A stretch of DNA of 42,161 bases, from assembly GCA_038139415.1 (NCBI GenBank), contig JAYOSV010000002.1, forward strand, positions 1-42,161, in the 5' to 3' direction. The notes under the pieces are model-generated. The model was not told the origin of the DNA, did not search any database, and saw nothing but the letters and a program-made list of their open reading frames with translations. This document shows, piece by piece, positions 36,631 through 42,161 of this stretch. Within the stretch, counting starts at the first letter, position 1. The number at the start of each line of letters is the position of its first letter. The DNA comes from Verrucomicrobiales bacterium (lineage in GTDB: Bacteria > Verrucomicrobiota > Verrucomicrobiia > Limisphaerales > UBA1100). Both the position numbers and the translations under genes were made by a program.

Positions 36631-39276
36631 ATGTCCCAGATGCGCCGCCAATATCCGTTTCATCTCATCGAGCCCCAATGGCAGAACCGATGGGAAGCGC
36701 AGGAAACATTCCGTGCCTTTAACCCCGGTCAAACGCCGGCGGCCGAGCATCCCTTTGCCGGGCGCCATGGCGAGGCGGCGCCGGAGAGCCTCGAAAAATA
36801 CTACATCCTCGACATGTTCCCGTACCCTTCGGGCGCAGGCTTGCACGTGGGACATCCGGAAGGCTACACGGCCACCGATATCTTGGCGCGCTTTGAACGC
36901 ATGCGTGGCAAGCATGTGTTGCATCCAATGGGTTGGGATGCCTTCGGGCTGCCGGCCGAGCAGTACGCGATTAAGACCGGCCAGCATCCGCGCCAGACGA
37001 CCGAGGAAAATGTCGCCAACTTCAAGCGACAGATCAAGAGCCTGGGATTCAGCTATGATTGGAGTCGGGAAGCGAACACCACCGAGCCCGGTTATTTCAA
37101 GTGGAGCCAATGGATATTTTTGCAGTTGTACAATTCATGGTTTAACCCCGCCACCAACAAGGCTGAGTCGATCGATACGCTGAAGTATCCGAGCGATGTG
37201 GTCAGCGACGAGGCTAAGCGCGCGTATCGTGACGAGCATCGGCTCGCGTTTGTTTCCCATGCACCAGTGAACTGGTGCCCTGAGTTAGGCACGGTGCTGG
37301 CCAATGAGGAGGTGATCGATGGCAAGAGCGAGGTGGGTGGTCATCCGGTTGTGCGCAAGCCAATGCGCCAATGGATGCTGCGAATCACAGTCTTCGCTCA
37401 GCGGTTGCTGGATGATCTGGAAACGATCGACTGGAGCGATTCGTTGAAGGAAATGCAACGGAACTGGATCGGTCGCAGTGAAGGGGCAGAAGTGACATTT
37501 ACGGTTCAGGAATCCGACGGAGAGATTGTCGTTTTTACCACACGGCCGGATACGTTATTTGGGGCGACGTACATGGTGTTGTCGCCGGAACATGAATTGG
37601 TGGATGCGCTCACCACCGAAGCGCAGCGCGAGGCGGTGAGGGCGTATCGTGAGGCGGCCGCACGCAAGAGCGATCTGGAACGCACGGAATTGGCGAAGGA
37701 CAAGAGCGGTGTGTTCACTGGCGCGTACGCGATCAATCCGGTGAACGAAGAGCTCGTACCGATTTGGATCGCCGATTACGTGCTGTCAAGCTACGGCACC
37801 GGCGCGATCATGGCCGTGCCTGCACATGATGAGCGCGATCTGGAGTTTGCGCAGAAATTTGAACTGCCCGTGCGCGTGGTGGTGGAAGCTCCGGAAGGGG
37901 AATCGCTCGGATTCACTGGCAACGGCAAGAGCGTGGAGAGCGGTTTTCTCAATGGCCTGTCGACGCCTGAGGCTAAGACGAAGATCACCGATTGGCTGCA
38001 GGAAAACGGCAAGGGTAAGCGCACGATCAATTTTAAGCTACGCGATTGGCTGTTCAGTCGGCAGCGTTACTGGGGGGAACCGTTCCCGATCTTGTGGCGC
38101 GATGGCCGGCACGAGGCGATTGCCGAGAGTGATCTACCTGTGTTGCCGCCGGAGCTGGATGACTACAAGCCCACCACCGAGGGCGATCCGCCGCTGGCAC
38201 GCGCGAGCGATTGGGTGAATTTGCCCGATGGCGCCACGCGCGAGACCAACACCATGCCGCAATGGGCGGGAAGTTGCTGGTATTACCTGCGTTATCTCGA
38301 CGCGCAAAATGACGAGCGTTTTGTCGGTGAGGCGGCCGAGAAATACTGGATGAATGTCGACCTCTATGTGGGCGGCACGGAGCATGCGGTGTTGCACCTG
38401 CTCTACGCGCGGTTCTGGCACAAGGTGTTGTTTGATCTCGGGCATGTCTCCACGCCGGAACCGTTCCAGCGGTTGGTGAATCAAGGCATTATCCTTGGTG
38501 AAGACGGCCAGAAAATGAGCAAGAGCCGCGGCAACGTGATCAATCCCGACGTGGTGATTGAGGAATACGGCGCCGACGCCTTCCGCCTGTACGAAATGTT
38601 TATGGGCCCGCTGGAGATGATGAAGCCGTGGAACACGCAGGGCGTCGAGGGCGTGTACCGATTCCTCGGCCGCGTGTGGCGATTGTTCATCGATGACAGC
38701 AGCTACAAGGATTACGAACAAGCCGTCACCGCCACGCCGGACTCCGCCGAGTCCGGGTTGATGGAGTTGCAACTGCACGCGGCTATCACCGATGCAGCAC
38801 CGACCGATGACCAATTGAAGGCGCTACACGCCTGCATCAAGAAGGTCACCGAAGATCTCGAAGGGATGCGCTTCAACACGGCGATCTCCGCGCTCATGGT
38901 GTTCACCAATGAGGCCTCCAAATGGGACATGCGCCCGCGCGCGGTGTTGAGCCCATTCCTCAATCTGCTGAATCCCTTTGCACCGCATCTGGCCGAAGAT
39001 CTGGCCGCCCGATTGGGGGGCGAATACGCCGGCACGCTGGCCTATCAACCGTGGCCCGCGTATGACGAAGCGTTTTTGGTCGAGGACACCATCGAATTCC
39101 CTGTGCAGGTAAATGGAAAACTCCGGGGCCACATCGTCATCGCCCCCGACACGTCACGCGAAGAAATTGAGCAAATGGCTCTCGATTGCGAGAAAGTGCA
39201 GCAATTTGTCTCTGGGAAAGAGATAAAGAAAGTCATCGTTGTGCCGAATAAACTAGTGAATATTGCGGCCAAGTGA
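36631..39276 (+). CDS. leuS: Leucine--tRNA ligase
   Basis: [30 protein letters not shown] editing domain, KMSKS. Confidence 0.99.
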   Translation: MSQMRRQYPFHLIEPQWQNRWEAQETFRAFNPGQTPAAEHPFAGRHGEAAPESLEKYYILDMFPYPSGAGLHVGHPEGYTATDILARFERMRGKHVLHPMGWDAFGLPAEQYAIKTGQHPRQTTEENVANFKRQIKSLGFSYDWSREANTTEPGYFKWSQWIFLQLYNSWFNPATNKAESIDTLKYPSDVVSDEAKRAYRDEHRLAFVSHAPVNWCPELGTVLANEEVIDGKSEVGGHPVVRKPMRQWMLRITVFAQRLLDDLETIDWSDSLKEMQRNWIGRSEGAEVTFTVQESDGEIVVFTTRPDTLFGATYMVLSPEHELVDALTTEAQREAVRAYREAAARKSDLERTELAKDKSGVFTGAYAINPVNEELVPIWIADYVLSSYGTGAIMAVPAHDERDLEFAQKFELPVRVVVEAPEGESLGFTGNGKSVESGFLNGLSTPEAKTKITDWLQENGKGKRTINFKLRDWLFSRQRYWGEPFPILWRDGRHEAIAESDLPVLPPELDDYKPTTEGDPPLARASDWVNLPDGATRETNTMPQWAGSCWYYLRYLDAQNDERFVGEAAEKYWMNVDLYVGGTEHAVLHLLYARFWHKVLFDLGHVSTPEPFQRLVNQGIILGEDGQKMSKSRGNVINPDVVIEEYGADAFRLYEMFMGPLEMMKPWNTQGVEGVYRFLGRVWRLFIDDSSYKDYEQAVTATPDSAESGLMELQLHAAITDAAPTDDQLKALHACIKKVTEDLEGMRFNTAISALMVFTNEASKWDMRPRAVLSPFLNLLNPFAPHLAEDLAARLGGEYAGTLAYQPWPAYDEAFLVEDTIEFPVQVNGKLRGHIVIAPDTSREEIEQMALDCEKVQQFVSGKEIKKVIVVPNKLVNIAAK

Positions 39277-39297
39277 CAAATCTGGTAGATTGAATCC

Positions 39298-39432
39298 ATG
39301 CCGTATTTGACCCCGCAGGAGCAAAAAGTGCTCATTGTGGTAGTGGTCTTGATGGTGACGGGATTTGCAGTAAAACAATGGCGGGCCTCGACGGCTACCG
39401 CGACCGGAACCATTCCGGTTGAACAGGAATGA
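39298..39432 (+). CDS. Small single-TM protein (44 aa, not in ORF track)
   Basis: MPYLTPQEQKVLIVVVVLMVTGFAVKQWRASTATATGTIPVEQE*; stop overlaps the next ATG (ATGA). Confidence 0.65.
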   Translation: MPYLTPQEQKVLIVVVVLMVTGFAVKQWRASTATATGTIPVEQE

Positions 39433-39926
39433 TACACAGAAAAAGTTACGACGAAGTGTTGGACGGGATTATCGCGGTGGATTCGCGGTACCATCGCGAT
39501 GCGTATCATTTTGTCCGGGAAGGGCTCGATTACACTCAGGAATCCATCTCCAAACAGGGTGAAGGCACCGTGCGCCACATCAGCGGCCAAGAACTGCTGG
39601 CCGGCATGCGCTCGCATGCGCTGGAAGAGTATGGGCCGATGGCCATGATGGTGCTCGGCGAATGGGGTATTCGGCGCTGCGAAGATTTCGGAGAGATCGT
39701 GTTCAACATGGTAGAGCACGAGCTGCTCGCCAAGACCGACGAGGATACCCGCGATGATTTTTCGGGCGGATACGATTTCGAGGATGCCTTTCGTAAACCT
39801 TTTCTCCCGCTTGACCCCGTCGCGTCCTTGGCGGATTCCGCAAAGCGCAATATCACGCCCGTGGCCGATTCGGATAGCGGCCGTTCCGGTCAGCCCTCGG
39901 AGCCGGAAGCTTCGGACAAGCAATAA
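39429..39926 (+). CDS. Minf_1886-family (Planctomycetes/Verrucomicrobia conserved) protein
   Basis: RY..AY.FVREGL, RHISGQEL, YGPMA..VL.EWGI, DFGEIVFNMV. Confidence 0.85.
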   Translation: MIHRKSYDEVLDGIIAVDSRYHRDAYHFVREGLDYTQESISKQGEGTVRHISGQELLAGMRSHALEEYGPMAMMVLGEWGIRRCEDFGEIVFNMVEHELLAKTDEDTRDDFSGGYDFEDAFRKPFLPLDPVASLADSAKRNITPVADSDSGRSGQPSEPEASDKQ

Positions 39927-39965
39927 TCTCGCCGCGCCCCGTTTCCCTCGCTACGCTCCGCGCCC

Positions 39966-42161
39966 ATGTCGAATGGATCGTACAATCCTGTTGCCCGCCT
40001 AAACGCCGCCGGGGATACCCGTTTGGTGACAATGGATAACGGCCTCACCGTGATCGTGCGCGAAGATCACAGCGCGCCCGTGGTGTCCGCCCAAGCCTGG
40101 GCCAAGACCGGCAGCATCCATGAAGGCAATTGGCTTGGGGCCGGACTGTCGCACATCTTGGAGCACATGCTTTTCAAGGGAACCGAATCCCGCGGGTTGG
40201 GGCGCATTGATCAGGAAGTGCAGGAGTCCGGCGGCTACATGAACGCCTACACCTCCTTTGATCGTACTGTGTATTACATTGATGTCCCCAACACTGGCGC
40301 GCGCGTAGCGGTGGATATTTTGTGCGACATCATGCAGCACGCCACGCTGCCCGAAGCGGAGTTGGAAAAGGAGCTGGACGTCATCCGGCGCGAAATCGAC
40401 ATGGGGCAGGACGACCCCGGTCGCCGGGCCAGTCGGCGTCTCTTTGAAACCGCCTACACCACCAGCCCGTACCGGCATACGGTAATTGGCTATCCGGACA
40501 TCTTCAACGAACTTCGCCGGGACGACATCGTGGGCTACTACCGTTCCCGCTACATTCCCGCCAACGTTTTTTACGTGATCGTGGGCGACATAAACGCCGA
40601 CGACGTCGTGGCTCAAGTCGCCGAGGCCTTCGCGGCCAATAAAGCCAAGCCCGCGCCGACGATGTTGATTTCGGCCGAACCCCGCCAAACATCTCCTCGA
40701 GAAGTCGTGGAAGAGGCGCCGATTCAATTGGGGCATCTGCATTATTCTTGGCACGTGCCCGATGTGAGGCACCCCGATTTGCCGGCCCTCGATGTACTGG
40801 CCACGCTGCTGGGCAGCGGTCGGAGCAGTCGGTTGTATCAAAATGTGCGGGAACGTAAGGGGCTGGTGAATTCAGCCGATGCCTGGACGTACACGCCTTC
40901 AGACAGCGGATTGTTTGGCATGAGCGCCGTGGTGAATGCCGATAAATTTGACCCGGCCCGTACCGCATTGTTGGAGGAACTGGAGGAACTGACGAACAAG
41001 GCGGTCACTTCGGTGGAGCTGGATAAAGTGGTGAAGCAATTCATCTCCGGCACGCTGGGTACTCGTAAGACCATGGAAGGGCAGGCGCAGGATCTGGGCG
41101 ATTGCTGGATCTCGGTGAATGACCTCGATTTCTCGGATCGTTATCTCGAGGACGTGAAAGCTGTTCAGCCAGATGACATACAGCGTGTTGTCAATACGTA
41201 CCTGCAACCGGCTAATCGCACCTTGTATGCGTTGGTGCCCGAAGGGTGCACGCCGACCGTGAATTGTGCACATCTGCAACACGAAACGGCGCCCATTCAA
41301 AAAGTGGAGTTCCCCAATGGACTAACCCTGCTGCTCAAGGAAGATCATCGCCTGCCGTTTGTCCAATTGCGCGGTATGTTTCAGGGTGGCGTTTTGTCCG
41401 AGAAAATGGGCAACAGCGGCATCACTCAACTGATGGCCAAGCTGCTCGTCAAAGGCACGACTAAACGCACCGGCCAACAGATTGCTGAGCAGATCGAAAA
41501 TATTGGCGGCGGTATTGATACCTACGGTGGTAACAATTCCTTCGGCGTTTCGGCCGAGGTCATGAGCGAGGATGCGGCTTTGGGAGTAGAACTACTGGCC
41601 GATGTTATTTTGAACCCCTCCTTTCCTGCTGAAGCCATGGAGCGGCAGCGCGAGGTGCAACTGGCGGGTATTCGCGCGCAGGACGATAAGCTCCTCCAAA
41701 AGACCTTCAGTTTAATGCGCGAAAATTTGTTTGGCGCGCACGGTTATGGGTTGAATAGTCTCGGGACACAGGAATCGGTGCAAGCTTTGTTCGCGGACGA
41801 TCTGCGGGAGTTTCACTCTCAACTAGTGGTGCCCAATAACGCCGTGATCGCGGTGTTTGGCGACATGGATTCAGCTCAAGTGCGGGCTGAGCTGGAAACG
41901 ACCTTCGGTCTGTGGAAGCGTGGCGGCGACTATCAGGTGCCGCAGTTGATGGCCGGCGCTCAAGGTAAACGACGGGAGGCGGATCAAATGGATAAAGAGC
42001 AGGCGGTGGCGGTCCTTGGGTTTCACGGGTGCACGTTTTTTGATGAAGACCGTTATGCCCTCGAATTGCTTGGGGAAGCCTGTAGTGATCTGGGAAGCCG
42101 CCTCTTCATGCGCATTCGTGAGGAGCTGGGGTTGGCTTACTACGTCGGAGCGCAAAGCCAG
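39966..42161 (+). CDS. M16 (pitrilysin/insulinase) zinc peptidase, partial (runs off the window; not in ORF track)
   Basis: MSNGSYN..DNGLTV..EDHSAPVV..GLSHILEHMLFKGT (HxxEH); NAYTS; second half has PNGLTL and SRLFMRIREELGLAYYV. Confidence 0.93.
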   Translation, partial: MSNGSYNPVARLNAAGDTRLVTMDNGLTVIVREDHSAPVVSAQAWAKTGSIHEGNWLGAGLSHILEHMLFKGTESRGLGRIDQEVQESGGYMNAYTSFDRTVYYIDVPNTGARVAVDILCDIMQHATLPEAELEKELDVIRREIDMGQDDPGRRASRRLFETAYTTSPYRHTVIGYPDIFNELRRDDIVGYYRSRYIPANVFYVIVGDINADDVVAQVAEAFAANKAKPAPTMLISAEPRQTSPREVVEEAPIQLGHLHYSWHVPDVRHPDLPALDVLATLLGSGRSSRLYQNVRERKGLVNSADAWTYTPSDSGLFGMSAVVNADKFDPARTALLEELEELTNKAVTSVELDKVVKQFISGTLGTRKTMEGQAQDLGDCWISVNDLDFSDRYLEDVKAVQPDDIQRVVNTYLQPANRTLYALVPEGCTPTVNCAHLQHETAPIQKVEFPNGLTLLLKEDHRLPFVQLRGMFQGGVLSEKMGNSGITQLMAKLLVKGTTKRTGQQIAEQIENIGGGIDTYGGNNSFGVSAEVMSEDAALGVELLADVILNPSFPAEAMERQREVQLAGIRAQDDKLLQKTFSLMRENLFGAHGYGLNSLGTQESVQALFADDLREFHSQLVVPNNAVIAVFGDMDSAQVRAELETTFGLWKRGGDYQVPQLMAGAQGKRREADQMDKEQAVAVLGFHGCTFFDEDRYALELLGEACSDLGSRLFMRIREELGLAYYVGAQSQ

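Noticed and set aside
39045..41300. Minus-strand ORFs of 292, 280, 154 and 133 aa
   Set aside because: Antisense to leuS, the Minf_1886-family gene and the M16 peptidase, which the track missed because it has no stop in the window.
1..42161. Genome-wide UGA recoding as an explanation for the DUF5069 stop
   Set aside because: Many genes here end properly at TGA (leuS, moxR, DUF58, terC), and no other recognised gene has an internal TGA.

Overview
A gene-dense bacterial chromosomal window of roughly 55-60% GC. The gene content suggests Verrucomicrobiota/PVC (DUF5069, Minf_1886-type, PQQ-propeller and DUF4159/MoxR cluster genes); this is inference. From left to right it holds: (i) a lower-GC accessory end with a small CPXCG-like Cys-rich gene, a Zn-ribbon membrane gene, two tandem promoter-hairpin-terminator cassettes that look like duplicated sRNA genes, and a secreted alpha/beta hydrolase; (ii) a ~15 kb tightly coupled minus-strand operon (S1/P1 nuclease, TPR-metallopeptidase, DUF4159, MoxR, DUF58, BatA/vWA, coiled-coil protein, vWA-GATase-like protein, caspase-fold protein); (iii) an AT-rich patch with a frameshifted Bax-inhibitor-1 gene that also covers the 3' end of an Fe-ADH gene; (iv) two tandem reprolysin-like proteases, a PQQ-propeller, and a TPM / double-Tim44 / ferredoxin operon; (v) a probable sugar-acid operon (SDR, LarA-family nickel-pincer racemase/epimerase, PhyH dioxygenase, Gfo/Idh oxidoreductase, epimerase) ending in a DUF5069-like gene; and (vi) housekeeping genes (DHH, rdgB, SPFH/NfeD, TerC, leuS, M16 peptidase). 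The strongest finding is the DUF5069-like gene. It has an in-frame UGA at a position where homologues are recalled to carry Cys, followed by a SECIS-like hairpin, which makes it a candidate selenoprotein. No rRNA, tRNA, CRISPR array or transposase was recognised. All family calls come from motif recognition, not database searches.
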